The notes beneath the pieces were generated by a model that worked only from the letters and a program-made list of their open reading frames with translations, was not told where the DNA came from and did not search any database. A stretch of DNA of 64,000 nt from Ministeria vibrans ATCC 50519 (Eukaryota > Protista > Filasterea), in assembly GCA_943704425.1 (NCBI GenBank), contig CALSCP010000733.1:62001-126000 (forward strand). Reading direction: 5' to 3'. Both the position numbers and the translations under genes were made by a program. This document shows positions 36,131 through 48,740 of this stretch, piece by piece; the stretch's first letter is position 1, and each line of letters opens with the position of its first letter.

Positions 36131-37343
36131 CAACAACAATAATAATAATAATAATAATAATAATCATAATAATAATTATTATTATTCTTATTATTATTAT
36201 TAGTTAGTTAGAAAATCGGATTTGTCTTGTTGTCTTTCACCATTTGACACGTCCCACTGGCTCAGGTCACCCGAGAAGGGAGTATCCTGGAAGGTGCGCT
36301 GCATGTTCGTGACCTGCCGCACATCCCACCCAGACAGGTCGACTGCGCCATCAAACGACGACCCGTCAAACGTCGAAAAGAGCGAAGTCACACTGCACAC
36401 GTAAGCAAATGGAGCGATTGGGTTTAGTAGCACACGCACACATACATACACATTTATATATATATACAGAGAGACACAGTATGAAGCACACGTGATGAAC
36501 ACAGATTGATTGAGTGCACTCACTCACACAATCAATCTATCACTTTACTCACGAATCACTCACTCATACTCACACAGTACTTCGCACTCACACACACTTG
36601 TTCACTCACCTTGACGTATTCCACGACGACACATCTCCGTTGAAGACCGATGCGCTCTTAAACACTTTTTCAAGGGATCTCACGCCACCAATGCGGAAAC
36701 TCGCCAGAGACGAGTCAAAAACTGACGCACCCTCAAACATGCTGGTCATTTGCTGGAGACTATCCGTCTCCCACTGCGACAGATCATCATCAAAACTGCT
36801 TGCCAAGTGGAACATTCCTCTCATCGACACAACCCTACGAACACCAATGAAATTACGGAGTAGTGCTATATCAGCTGACAAGGCTCTCTTTCTCGCTCTC
36901 GACTCTCACCTCTTGACATTCCACTGCGCGACTCCCGACTGAATTCCCGAATTTTGGAACATCTCTTGCATGTCCGTCACCTGAAAAAGAAAGAGTTTGA
37001 GATGAGCAATACCGATGAGCATCATAATTGATTCGATGTTCGATGACCTGTGCCGTGTCCCAGCAGTTCATCGGCTGATTGTACTGTGTGGCACTGTCAA
37101 ACATTCCCTTCATACTCACAACGCTATCAACACAATTGTCAGCTCAGAACACACATACACTGACATTGGCATTTTCTTTCTTCTTTTTCTTACTTGGCAG
37201 TGTTAAACGAGCACAACATCTGGTTAAAAACTCCCGCTCCGGAAAAGAGCTCTTCTATTGTGGTTACTCTGCAGACACAACATGAGACAATACACAGACA
37301 CACATACAGATCGATTAAACACATACACAATGGACACAAAATT

Positions 37344-37429
<86 letters not shown>

Positions 37430-39064
37430 CTTCCACACAACACAATATATAGTGTATACTGGATGGTATTAAAGGGCACCGTCGCATTGAAAACAGCGGC
37501 GTTCTTCAGCATGGCCTTCATCGACTGGCACGACTGCAGTTCCCAACCTCCCAGATCCACATTGAAGCGCGATCTTGGAGTTTTCACGGAAAACATTGCA
37601 AACTGACCGCCAGTAAGAACATCCTCAATGAGCCCCTCAAAGATACTGGCAACAGACCTGACATGGCGCACGTCCCACATCGCAAGCGACGCAGCCGAGT
37701 CGAGCGGCGCATGACGAAACGCGCATGATAAATTGGCTGGAATATTTGTCAGTGCCTGCGGATCCGAAATCACATCGAGATGTGTGCATCCGTCAAAATA
37801 ACCTCCACTCTCGCCAAGACGCAGTGCTGTGCCCCACTGCACAATATCAGTGAGCACCGGCGCATCTGCATTCCCTTGAAACGCCCAACCCTCCAGGGTA
37901 CCCTGCGTCACCACCGTGAACACGTCGCCTGTGCCCGTGCCATACACATGCGTCGCTCGCGTATCGTTCCACGACGTCACCGTGTCCGACATGCCGTCAC
38001 CCCACTGGACTGTGAACGAGTACACTGCGCCTGCCTGTGCCACAAGTGGGAGACGCACAGTCCGTGGCGTCGCTGCGTACGTCACGTTCCACACTGTCAC
38101 AAAGGCATCGGACGGATACGGCAGTGCCGTCGCGCATTCTGCACCGCCAAAGTCTGCCGTGCACGCACACGAATAGCTCAAAATGGTGTTGCTGCCCACC
38201 ACATTCGAACACGTTCCGTTGTTCAGGCACGGATTGCTCGCACACTAGGTAGACAAAACGATCAGTAGTTATCATGTCTCTCCTTGTGGTTTTCCCATAC
38301 CGGATCAACCTCGGTGCATGTTGTCCCAGTGTATCCTGCTGGACAGGTGCACCGAAAGGTAGTGCTTTCATTTGCTGCGATCTCGGAACACACTGCGCCC
38401 TGACTGCACGGCGAGCTCCCGCACTGCAGACGACCAGAAGAAGCACAAACAAAGAAGAACACGTCAGCTACTACACAGACCAACCATCATGCTGTAGACA
38501 AGAGTCGTCTTACGACATCCATTTCCTGACAGCGCACTCCAGAATAGAGTGGAGGGCAGGAGCAGTTGAACGAGTGCCAGTTGTCAGAGGAGCAGACGCC
38601 ACTGTGGAGACACGGCGACGAGTCGCACGCCGTAATTGCTTGGCAACTGCAGCTCGATAGCTGTGACTCCAGAAGCACCACACGCGCCGAGAGCTGCGTC
38701 GTTTGGTGAAGGACAAAGAGCAAAATATAAAACAAACAAAGAAGCAAACAAAACATTGTCGTTATGTTATGGTGTTGCCACAATTTGGTCGTACGTCGGC
38801 CGAAACGGCGAGTAGCTGCTGGATTTGCTGCGCAGTTATCACCACGTCACCAAGACGCAACGTGTTCGGCGTAAGCTCGGCCGTTTGCGACTGGGGATCG
38901 CTGCGTTGAGTGTGGTTGCGCGGAATGAGTTTCAACGAATCCGCTCGCACCACCGTCGAATCCGAATCACGCGCCACCAACACTGTGCCGGGGGTCGACA
39001 ATGACCCAGACCACTCTTGGCCACGGCTGAAGGCGAACAGGGTAAACACCAATAAAATCTTCAT
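35337..39064 (-). CDS. Secreted protein: signal peptide, coiled coil, 3 EGF-like domains, PKD-like domain, many DUF285 repeats; multi-exon, tandem paralogue of the neighbouring gene
   Basis: MKILLVFTLFAFSRG; EGF motifs CDSSPCLHSGVC..FNCSCPPLYSGVRC, CGSSPCSQGAVC..CTCPAGYTGTTC, CASNPCLNNGTC..CACTADFGGAEC; AFVTVWNV..FTVQWGDG; FNGNLSQWDVSNV repeats; cap WCFPLISSKPNSF. Confidence 0.85.
36017..36201. repeat. Compound (TAA)n/(CAA)n intronic microsatellite; similar (TAA)n, (CA)n, (CT)n, (GA)n tracts at 37348-37427, 39075-39133, 44440-44555, 47985-48081, 50631-50718, 51980-52041, 58610-58745, 63877-63954
   Basis: Directly visible simple repeats, mostly in introns or intergenic DNA. Confidence 0.95.
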
Positions 39065-39073
39065 ACGAAAAAG

Positions 39074-39138
<65 letters not shown>

Positions 39139-39196
39139 TATTATTGGAAATGTCTCCTTCTGACTTCTACTAAAAATAATTTTTTTATTTTTGAGT

Positions 39197-40096
39197 ATGT
39201 CTCGGAGGGGACACCAGCACGGTCCTGGTAGCTTGGGGCAAGGTGATTCAGGTCTCGAAATACTGCGATTTCGTGCAGTCCTGTGCTCATATCTTTCTCA
39301 CGTAGACTTGAAGCTTCCTCGAATCGAGAAACGCCGCTACTCAACCTCGCTGATTGCCACTTCAAAATCACTTCCACCCCCACGTCTATTGCCCCATGAG
39401 AGACCGCCCCCACGACCCAGGTTTTACAAATCGCCGCGAGAGGTTTCCTTGGCAACGCAACTTGCCTCCAAGCAAACGCGCTTGGTTGAACTCGAACAGC
39501 GACGCCTGTCGCTTCTGCAAGACTGTGATGACTTGCGAGTGCTCATCGACGAAATAGACGAACAGCTGAGTGCACGCGTCAGCGCCATTGCCACTCGTGA
39601 GGATCACGTTCGTCGCGAGGCAGCGCTGGTAATTGACAGGTTACGTCGTGAACGTGCCGCAGTGCGACAGGCGTGCGAAGAGGAAAGGCGTCTGCTCGAA
39701 AGAGACATTGAACAAACGTCGAACAACATTTGCTCGTCAAATGCACAGCTACGAGCCCTTCAGGCGGAATGGGACGAACTAGTCGACTATCGCGACCGAC
39801 TCCAATATATTCTTGCAGACCAAATAGAGCAACTGAAAAAAGACGAAAGTGCACAAATACGACGTCACGAGTACTCGCTCAAGCGTCTCCACGAGCAATT
39901 CCAGCATGTCCGCGACCAGATTGAAGCAAGCACGCGTGAAACTGTTCAAAGGCGCGCCAAAGCCCTTGCGGAACGACTGGCCGACGCACTCCACCCTGAC
40001 TACCACCGCATGGCCGCGCACAGCGCCCGCATGCAGCGTGAACTCACTCAGCACAAACAGCTTGCACTCCAATTGCATAACACACAATCATCTTAA
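39197..40096 (+). CDS. Coiled-coil protein of unknown function
   Basis: ~300-aa ORF with a long heptad-rich E/R/Q/L helical region. Start and possible 5' intron uncertain. Confidence 0.65.
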   Translation: MSRRGHQHGPGSLGQGDSGLEILRFRAVLCSYLSHVDLKLPRIEKRRYSTSLIATSKSLPPPRLLPHERPPPRPRFYKSPREVSLATQLASKQTRLVELEQRRLSLLQDCDDLRVLIDEIDEQLSARVSAIATREDHVRREAALVIDRLRRERAAVRQACEEERRLLERDIEQTSNNICSSNAQLRALQAEWDELVDYRDRLQYILADQIEQLKKDESAQIRRHEYSLKRLHEQFQHVRDQIEASTRETVQRRAKALAERLADALHPDYHRMAAHSARMQRELTQHKQLALQLHNTQSS

Positions 40097-40175
40097 AATC
40101 AATACGTCTTACACCATAATGATAATAAAATATATATTTTTATTAATTTTATAATAATACTAATAATAATAATAA

Positions 40176-42441
40176 TTACGTTTTCTTCTGTTCAAACTTC
40201 TCGACTGTCTTTGCCAGAAACTTGTGCGACCCTCGAAGCTACAATCTCAAACATGAGTACAACATTTCAAATAATCACACCTGAACTCTCTGACCTGTAA
40301 GGCTGAATTATGGCACTGAAAGTACTGATCGCGCGACATTTTGTCGCGAGAGCACTCCTGCGGATGCCACGCATGGAACAGCGCCGGATCCACTGCACGC
40401 GTCACATTCAACTATAGCATGTACATTGGTCAACCTTTCATCTCAATTTACAGCAGAGTGTTTTTTCGTCTGTCTGCGTGTGTGGGTGTGTGTGTGTGTG
40501 TGTGCTATGGACTTACGTTGGCCAACAGTAGGCGAGTCATCAAATCAACATCTTCACTTCCCCACCTGCAAAACAAGTGAATTCAAATCATATTCATTAA
40601 TGTTTTGCTTTGGAATCTATTAAGCTTACCCCACAGGCAATTTCTTTGAGGTTTTGAGGAACCCCCCGACCATATCATAATCCGACACAAAAATGCACAG
40701 CTGAGCAGAAACATTATAATTTATTTTCTTAGATTAGTTGAAACTTGCTCGGATCGTGCGCACGCGCCCTTTCTTTAGACCTACCATTCCGTAACCAAAT
40801 GTTCGCCAAATGCCCCGCTCCTTGTCAACATCCGGTTCCTTTCCGTTGTACAAACTGCGGAGAAATCAAACATGAATAATGACTGTATCAACACACCCTC
40901 AGTTTTCTCGCTCTCCACACACACACACACACACTCTCTCTCTCTAACCTGAATAGAATAGGCGCGTACACCCGCGAATTTCTCTTGGTGTTGGTTTGGC
41001 AACGCATCATAAAGCCCCGAAGTACAACCACATCCACATCGGCAAAGAAAAGCAACTGCACCACAGTAATTAGTATAATAATTATAATAATAATAATAAT
41101 AATTATTATTATTAATATTATTATTGTTGTTTGTTTTTATGTATCTTACCGCCCTTTCACCAAACATCGTCTTCACATTTGACACTGCAGTCTCAATAGC
41201 AGTGGCCCTCGAGAAAGCATTCATTTCCTGGGCTACTTTAGATATAAACGCCAGAATTTTGGTCCTAAAAAGAAACAACGATAAAAACAAAACATGTCAT
41301 ACTAACTTTTTTTCGTATACTCTTCGGAAAAATCATGCAAAATCTTTGATGCTTCTTCCATGGAGGCATCGTCTCCCATATAGCCAACAAACACGCGAAA
41401 CACTGATTTGGGTTCCGTTGACTGAAGCTCACGTAAGCGCATTAAAAATCTGGTGAAATTACGAATAATAATAATTATTAGTATTAAGAAACAAAACCAA
41501 AACAGGTTTCTCTCTCACTTTTTCAGGGTTGGTAATCGCCCTGCCAATGGAATGACAATGTTCACCACCTCCACAGATAGATCAAGTTGATCAACATGAA
41601 CCAGCTGCAACGCCGTAAAAGGTCGCACCAGCTCTACACGCACCGTCCCAATGCTTCCCTACACAACAACAACAATAATAATCCACTACCACACAACACT
41701 GCACAACCCATCACCTCAATTCAAAAACGATTAATGATATTATTACTATAATTATAATAATGTAATGCACAACCAACAATAATACAACACACGACACACA
41801 AACAAACACGCAACTCCATCCAATGTCAATGGCCAAGGCAAAAACATCGCATCGCACAACACAAACTCATACCGTTTCAAAGACAATCTTCATGTACAAG
41901 ACATAGTCGGTGCCGCGCTGGCGGTCCGTGTGCCGCTGTATGTGCTCAAGCGACACCAGCTCGCTCCCGCGAAAGCGCCCGTCGCCCTGAAGCAGCGCCA
42001 TGGCCCTGTTCACCACGTCCTGCGTCTACACCGAATGCACGCAAAGCGCCGGGTTACGTGTGTGTCACAGCCCCCGCTTCCCCGAACCTCAATGCGATCT
42101 GCACCGCCCATCGTTCGCCGTGGTCTCTCGTCCGCCGCAAAATACACATAATTCGGAGTCACTGCATCCCACACAGGCACGTCAACAGGCCGAGCTGGCT
42201 GGAAGGCTTCTGCTGGAGCACCGCCGCGTCCGTCGCTGCCCCCCCGACACGGACAGCACCGCTCTGCAACGACAAAACACACACACACACACACACTCAA
42301 CGTTTTCTCGCCCAACACACATTATATCGCACCATCCTCCGCTCCCAACGCCTGAATTAGAACCACCAACAGCACCAAGTTGCTGCACACAAGATAGAAC
42401 ACGACAGCTTGCTTGGACAGCAGCGTAAACGTCACCGCCAT
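40176..42441 (-). CDS. Type II membrane GT7/CHGN-family (chondroitin synthase-like) glycosyltransferase, ~12 exons
   Basis: Exons read on the minus strand: signal anchor MAVTFTLLSKQAVVFYLVCSNLVLLVVLIQAL; PARPVDVPVWD; RHTDRQRGTDY; LVRPF; VNIVIPLAGR; FSRATA; LLFFADVDV..RCQTNT..VYAPILFS; VGGF; WGSEDVDL; LFHAWHPQEC. Confidence 0.85.
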
Positions 42442-42635
42442 GTCAGCATGAACGAAAAAAAATTAACAAGACGTGCAAAGCAGATCTCAGACTTTGGAAT
42501 AAATCGTCAAAGTGAACAATTCACCATTGTTAAACTAAATTTTCTTATCCTCTCCATCTTTTGCTCCGTGGCTGGTGTACACTCTTACTGGCGCATTGGA
42601 TCCGCCTGATGACTCGGCGGTGCGGCCTCGTGAAC

Positions 42636-44485
42636 ATGAAGTGGAGTCGGGTTGCGCTGCTCCTGAGCACGCTCTGCCTTGGCGCTGTCCTCGTCGTCTG
42701 GTCCGACAAGGCACGGGTACTCCAGCTCCACCGCACTCCCCCACTCTCTTCTTTGTTTTTCCTTCTTTCAATCGCATGACACAAATGAGAAAATATTACA
42801 CTGAAATTCAGACACGCGAGGAATCTTTTAAAACCCCCTTTTTTTCTCACAGGACGTTCAAGACATTCTCTACGGCACCAACAACGACAAGGTAGGAACA
42901 AGTCAGGCTCATCACGCTCTCACCACAGACGAACGTCTCTTTTAAGAGTATAGATGCGACACATTAACTCATTGAAATTTCTCTCTGTCTCTCTCTCCTT
43001 TTTTTTTTTGAATAGGTTGAGATTGTCTCAGAGCGAATTGATCTTGTGCGCAGCGCAGCGGCGTCGGCAGTGGACGCACCCTCGACGGGGGCTAAGACGA
43101 CGCGCAGCCTGCGGCCCGGGCTCACCATCATCGTCAAGACGATGGGGGACACGCAGCGTGTGCTGGTGCTCTGCAAAGAGATCCGCCACTTCTATCCGAG
43201 CGTCGACATTCTCATTGGCGATGACGGCCAATCGGCCATTCCCGCCGACGCCAAAGCCCACCTTGCCCGCCTCAAGGTGAAGTACTTCATTCTGCCGCTG
43301 GACGCGGGTGCGTCGGTGACGCGCAACTATCTCATGGACAGGACAGAGACAGAGTTCTTCTGCACTGTCGACGACGACTACATCTTCACCGAGCACACCC
43401 GCCTCGAGACGCTCATGGACACCCTCAAGCAGAACCCCTCCTTGGTGTTGGCGGGCGGCGCCGTGTCAGACCGTGTTGATCTTTGTGCTCGAATGGTCAT
43501 TGAAGACACGGTAACACAATCATAATAACACGATGATGAATTTAATATTTTGGTAACATTCTTTGTTTTTCGTTTTTTCTGTTTTCAGATCCTTCTCCTG
43601 GTTCCCGACTATCATGCAAAACTCAAGGGCGGTTGTCTTGTGTGCGATTTTATTGCACAATTCTTTGTTGGTCGCACCGAAATGTTACAGCAGGTAAGAG
43701 TTACTATGCTCTTTAGTTTTTTCTCATTCGCCCTCGTCGTGCAGGTTCGTTGGGACGATCAACTGAAGACGGGCGAGCACGAAGAGCTCTTCTTGCGTTT
43801 GCGCGAAAAGTTTCCGTACAGTGCCGGTTTTTGTCCCTCTGTGAATGTTGGACACAAACAGCGCTCGTGGAACGAACGAAAGAGCTCGCGTGTTGGCAAT
43901 AAGTAAGGGGCAAGAGAAGTACATGTGGATTCTTCAATTTCAACAGTGAAATGAGTGGGATTTTGTCGTCTGTTTACTCTTCTCATCTGCTGCTCTCTTT
44001 CTCAGCACCTATATGGAACTGCGCGATCGAGGAATCAAGTACATCAACATCTCTCTGGCGCAACATGGTCTCACTGGCATTGGCTACGAGATTGGCGAGA
44101 AGATTATTGCGCACGGTGATGTTGGAACCGAACGAGTTTCGTTTCTCTTGCAAAAGGTCAGAACCCCAAAGTACAACCCTAATAGATCACTGACTGAACT
44201 GCATTCTCTTTTCGGTAATAGCACCGCTCGAGCGGTGTTGTCATTGACGAGAGCGAGGCGCTGTTTCCACCGCGATGTTCGAGCAAGGCTGTGCGGTCGG
44301 TTGTGCACAAGGACTCATTGAAAAAGTGGTGTGAGGACATTAGCTTGTGGACCTTTGAAGACATTCCCGAAGTCGAGCTGTTTATCAATGCGCCTGATTT
44401 CAAGGTAATATTATAATAGTATTCTATTTTTTTCCTTTTATTATTATTATTGTTATTATTATTATTATTGTTATTATTATTGTTA

Positions 44486-44530
<45 letters not shown>

Positions 44531-47408
44531 GTATTAGTATTATTATTATTATTATAATATCAATATTGATTGTATCATACATGTGCGTCTTTTAGATTCT
44601 CGCTCGTGAACGAACGGAGATTTATCGCATCTCACAGGCGATTTTGCGCATGCACTCGGCCATGGCACGCGAAAAATTTGAGTATCAGAACTTTGTGCGT
44701 GCGGAGCGTCGTGTGGATCCGCTGCACGGAACTGAGTGGCAAATCCGCATGCGCGTGCGGCCTCAAGACGGCGAGTCGAGTGCGCGCGAAGAGACATTTG
44801 TCATGATGGAGACAATTGAGAAGAAGAATGCCGTCTTTGTGCAACTGCAGCAGTCCGAGGCGACCCGTGTGAACTTTGTCGTGCCCATCTTCAATGCCTT
44901 TGAGCGACTGCAGCGCCTCGTCGAAAATGTTCGGCGCATGTCGCCCGAGCCACGTCTGGTCATTGTCGACTATGGCAGTACCGATGGCAATGTGAATCAG
45001 CTTCTCAAGAAGTCGGGTGTGGATCATCTCTTTATCGACATTCGCGGTCAGAAGTTTAGCCGAGCAGGTGGTTTGCAGGCGGGCATCAATGCGGTGTCGA
45101 ACAGCGAGCTCATCTTCACACTCGACGCGGACATTGACATGCCCGCCAACCTCGTCTCCGTCATCCATCGCCACGTCGTCAAGGGCAAGCAGATCTTTGC
45201 ACCCGTTGTTTTCTCCTTTTACAAGGGTCACGACAAGATTTCTCTCAAGGCTAAAGGTAAAGAGTGGAAAAAAACGAAAAAAAATTAGCGACAACAATAA
45301 TAATAAACGATGCAATTTGTGTAGGATACTGGAATCCGTCTTACAATGTGGACAAGCACGGCTGGTGGCGCCGTGAAGGGTTTGGTATGATTGCCGCCTA
45401 CAAGTCAGATGTGCTCTTCGTGGGCGGATTTGATCTGATGAAGTTCCAAGACAAGTACGAAGCAGGAAGAACAGTTGGGAGAGTCATCTAACAACTTTCA
45501 TTTTAGGTGGGGAGGAGAGGACATTGACCTTGTGACGCGCATGATGCACAGTGGTTACAAGATTTGGCGATCGCTCGAGCCCAATTATTATCACAATTTC
45601 CACCCACGCACTGCCTGGGGTGGCCATGTCAATGCCCAAGTGCCTTTAAAGGTCAATCATGTGTTTTTTTTTCTCTCTGTGTGTTCATAATTGAGTTAAT
45701 AGTAATAATTGTTTTTGTATAGATTTTTGTGTATGATCTTCCGGAGGAATTTAATGTGGCTCCACTGGCACTGAACCAAGCGCATCTCCACGACTGGCCG
45801 CAAAAGTACAAGATGGGTCGCGACGAATGGGACTGCACCAAAAGCATGTTTTCCATTGAAGTCAAGTTTCATCAAATGTACGCAGTGTGATTGTGTGTTT
45901 GATGTATATTTTTATATTATTTAATTTTTATATTTTTATTATTCTTATTTTATCACTATTATTTTATTATTATTATTGTGTGTGTATGTGTGTAATTGTG
46001 TGTGTGTGCATGATTATATTTATAGAGTATTATAATTATATATATTTTGTGTGTACGTTCCAACCTCAATTTCTTTCTTTCCCATGGTAGGCTGCTGAAG
46101 TCGCCGTTTGTCACGACCGAAGCAGCAGAGGCAGACCTGTTTTACGTGCCCATCTACAGCGTGTGTCTGCTCAACCACAACCTGCCTCTCAACGCCTCCT
46201 ACTCGGCCATTCAACATAATCACGCCGTCAAATGGATTAGCGAGAAGTTTCCCTTTTGGAACCGAACTTTGGTAAGCAAATGAACGGCATGGTTATACAA
46301 AATTGTCATCATATCTTTTGTAAACTATTTTTGTGTATTTGATAGGGTACCGACCATATTTTCGTGTTGGCGCAAGGTCTGGCGCGCAATCTGCTGGGGA
46401 ATGACAATGGACTGGGAAACACCATTGCGCTTACTGTCAATTCTGATCTGTCTCCGCCCCCAAAGACGTAAGGAAAAGAGGCGAGAAAGAGAGAGAGAGA
46501 GGAAGCAGGAAGAAAGAGATGAATATTTTTTTGATTGCGAGTGTGTGAACTGACTTGGCAATGTAGAATGAAACATGCGTTCTACCACCCGTGGAATGAC
46601 ATTGCGATTCCGCCTTTCTTGCATGACATGACGCAGTTCACCAATGTGGACCATTCTCAGCGCAACTACAAGGTCTTCTTCAGCGGATCCATCAAGCCCT
46701 GGAATCTCGCGTATAGCAAAGGTGTTCGACAGGTACATAAACAGAAACAGAGATAGGGGGGAGGGAAAAGAAGAACAAAGTGGTTAGAAGACATCGTGAT
46801 AGAGAGAGAGAGAGAGAGAGAGGAGGGAGAAAGAAACAAAGCGATCGAGAGAGAGCATTCTGTCAGAGACTCACTCACTGGTAATGCATAGTACATTGCA
46901 AAGCACTATGCCAACCAGACCAACTGGTACGTGCACCAGCGCACTACCAATCTCTCTCCTGAGCTGCGCGGTCAGTTTGTGTCGGCTATTCGTCACTCTG
47001 TATTCTGCATTTGCCCCGAGGGCCTCTTTGCATACACTCCGAGAATTACCGAGTCCATTCTCAGCGGTACGCACACACAAAACGCAGATCCAGTTTATTC
47101 ACTCACTCACCTGTGTACGGTCAGGATGCATTCCCGTGCTGATGAGCGAGTCACTGGTGCATCCCTTCAGCAACCTGATTGACTTCAGCACGTTCACCGT
47201 GCAACTGGCGCCCTCCGATGTCACGCGTCTCCCGCAGCTGCTCTCCGAGATCAGCGAGAGTGAAATTCGCGCAAAGCAGCGGGTCATCCAGTCCATCGCC
47301 CCCATGTTTCTCTACCACGACACTCCCATCCCGGGCGACGCCTTCTACTCCATCATGGACCAGCTTGCCGCTAAGAAGCTCCCTATCAAGCAACCGACCG
47401 CCAACTAA
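42636..47408 (+). CDS. Type II membrane three-domain glycosyltransferase fusion: GT12-like (B4GALNT1/2-type GT-A) + GT7 (B4GALNT3/4/CHGN-type) + GT47 (exostosin)
   Basis: Signal anchor MKWSRVALLLSTLCLGAVLVVW. Domain 1: LTIIVKT, FYPSVDILIGDD, RNYL, VDDDYIF, EHEELF. Domain 2: RRVDPLHG, LVIVDYGSTD, FSRAGGLQAG, LDADID, FAPVVF, GFGM..YKSD..VGGF, WGGEDIDL. Domain 3: IFVYDLP, ADLFYVP, PFWNRTLGTDH, FCICPEG, TPRITESILSGCIPV, DAFYSIM. Inter-domain splice junctions are in frame. Confidence 0.88.
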
Positions 47409-47487
47409 TCATATCACTCACACACGCACATTCACATTCACACACACACACTTTCATATTCGATAAACTTTTTTTCAACGTGAAAAT

Positions 47488-47979
47488 TTACAGTAAACAA
47501 CAGTGGGATGAGGGAGACGGAGAGGACGGTGGGGTGGCAGGAAGCAAGTCGGTGGCTGTGAGGACGGCAGCGAAGAATAGACGCGACGGAAGAACCGAGT
47601 GCGACTGGACATAGTGGGCAAAGCCATCGGGCCAAGCGATGGGGAGCACTGCGTCACTGCTACTGCTGTTGGGGGTGGGGCGCATGAGGAACTCACGCGC
47701 GCCGTTAGTGCAGCCACAGAGACGGCATGTGGAGGGGGCCCCGTAGGTGTATGCAGAGGGGGCCAGGGATTGTTCGAGGCGGCGTAGACGCGCCAACCAG
47801 CGGTCTCGGTCGCACCAAAGTGTCTCGGGTTGTGGCGCGGGGAAAGGGTAGCAGCCATGATAGGCGTCGTTGGTCGCATCCGCACTATCCCCCCAAAATC
47901 CTTCCAGATACGCCTTTTCGCGCGTGTTCCCGACGGGTGGTGTGTCACGGTCAAACGTTGCCGGCTCCAAGATCGTCAT
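47488..47979 (-). CDS. Small intronless protein with Y.G..S.CRLCG..NG..EF..WPDG..HYV..H.V.PS motif (putative Zn-binding)
   Basis: 163-aa ORF with a CxxC plus two His. The motif resembles uncharacterised proteins I recall from giant viruses and bacteria (not searched). Confidence 0.7.
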   Translation of the reverse strand: MTILEPATFDRDTPPVGNTREKAYLEGFWGDSADATNDAYHGCYPFPAPQPETLWCDRDRWLARLRRLEQSLAPSAYTYGAPSTCRLCGCTNGAREFLMRPTPNSSSSDAVLPIAWPDGFAHYVQSHSVLPSRLFFAAVLTATDLLPATPPSSPSPSSHCCLL

Positions 47980-48002
47980 TCTCAGTCTCTCTCTCTCTCT
48001 CT

Positions 48003-48036
<34 letters not shown>

Positions 48037-48740
48037 ACTGCTCTCTCTCTCTCTCTCTATCTCTATCTCTTTCTCTCTCTCTTTAGAGTCTACTTGGGGT
48101 AGCGAAACGTGCGCAGTCGCTTGCGTTCCTCCCGCACAAGATCGACAAAATCGGATGCGCCAAGTGGATCGCGTTTGGTCACTGGAACGCGCGCTGAGAC
48201 GTACGGAAGGAGCTGCAACGGAGGGCGCGTGAGTTGTAGCGCAGTGTGCGTCATGTGCCAGCCCGACGGCGCGTCAGCTCGAGCGGTTCACAAGACAAAC
48301 TGACATTTGTCTTTTTCCTCTTTTTTTTTTCTCTTTTTTTTCCCCTCTTTTCTTTCTCGTACTCGAAATTCAGTCAAATCCGGCACCACGATTTCAGGAA
48401 TGAGACGTGGATTGATAAGATACTGTCCTCTGGTGGTGTGGAAACCCGTTCGCTCCGCTCGATTTCCTACACAGAGTCGAAAGAGAGAGAGAGAGTGAGA
48501 GAGAGTGAGTGAAAAGCCAAACGAGACAAGAAGAGACGCTTACCTTTGAAGTAGTGTTTGTTGCCTTCCTTTGTGCCCATTCGCAGTCGATGAGCTCGAC
48601 TGAACACGCCTCTCATTGAGTAGTAATTAAAATTAATGTTTGAAAATATTCATTATTCACAAAAGTCATAACTCATACGATATACTGTCATAGTTAATAG
48701 TATCAAATATTTATCTGCATTCGAGCCGTAATCTGTCGCC

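Noticed and set aside
35858-36167. Poly-Leu/poly-Ile ORFs and other CV/HT/SL/ER repeat ORFs
   Set aside because: They are translations of intronic microsatellites.
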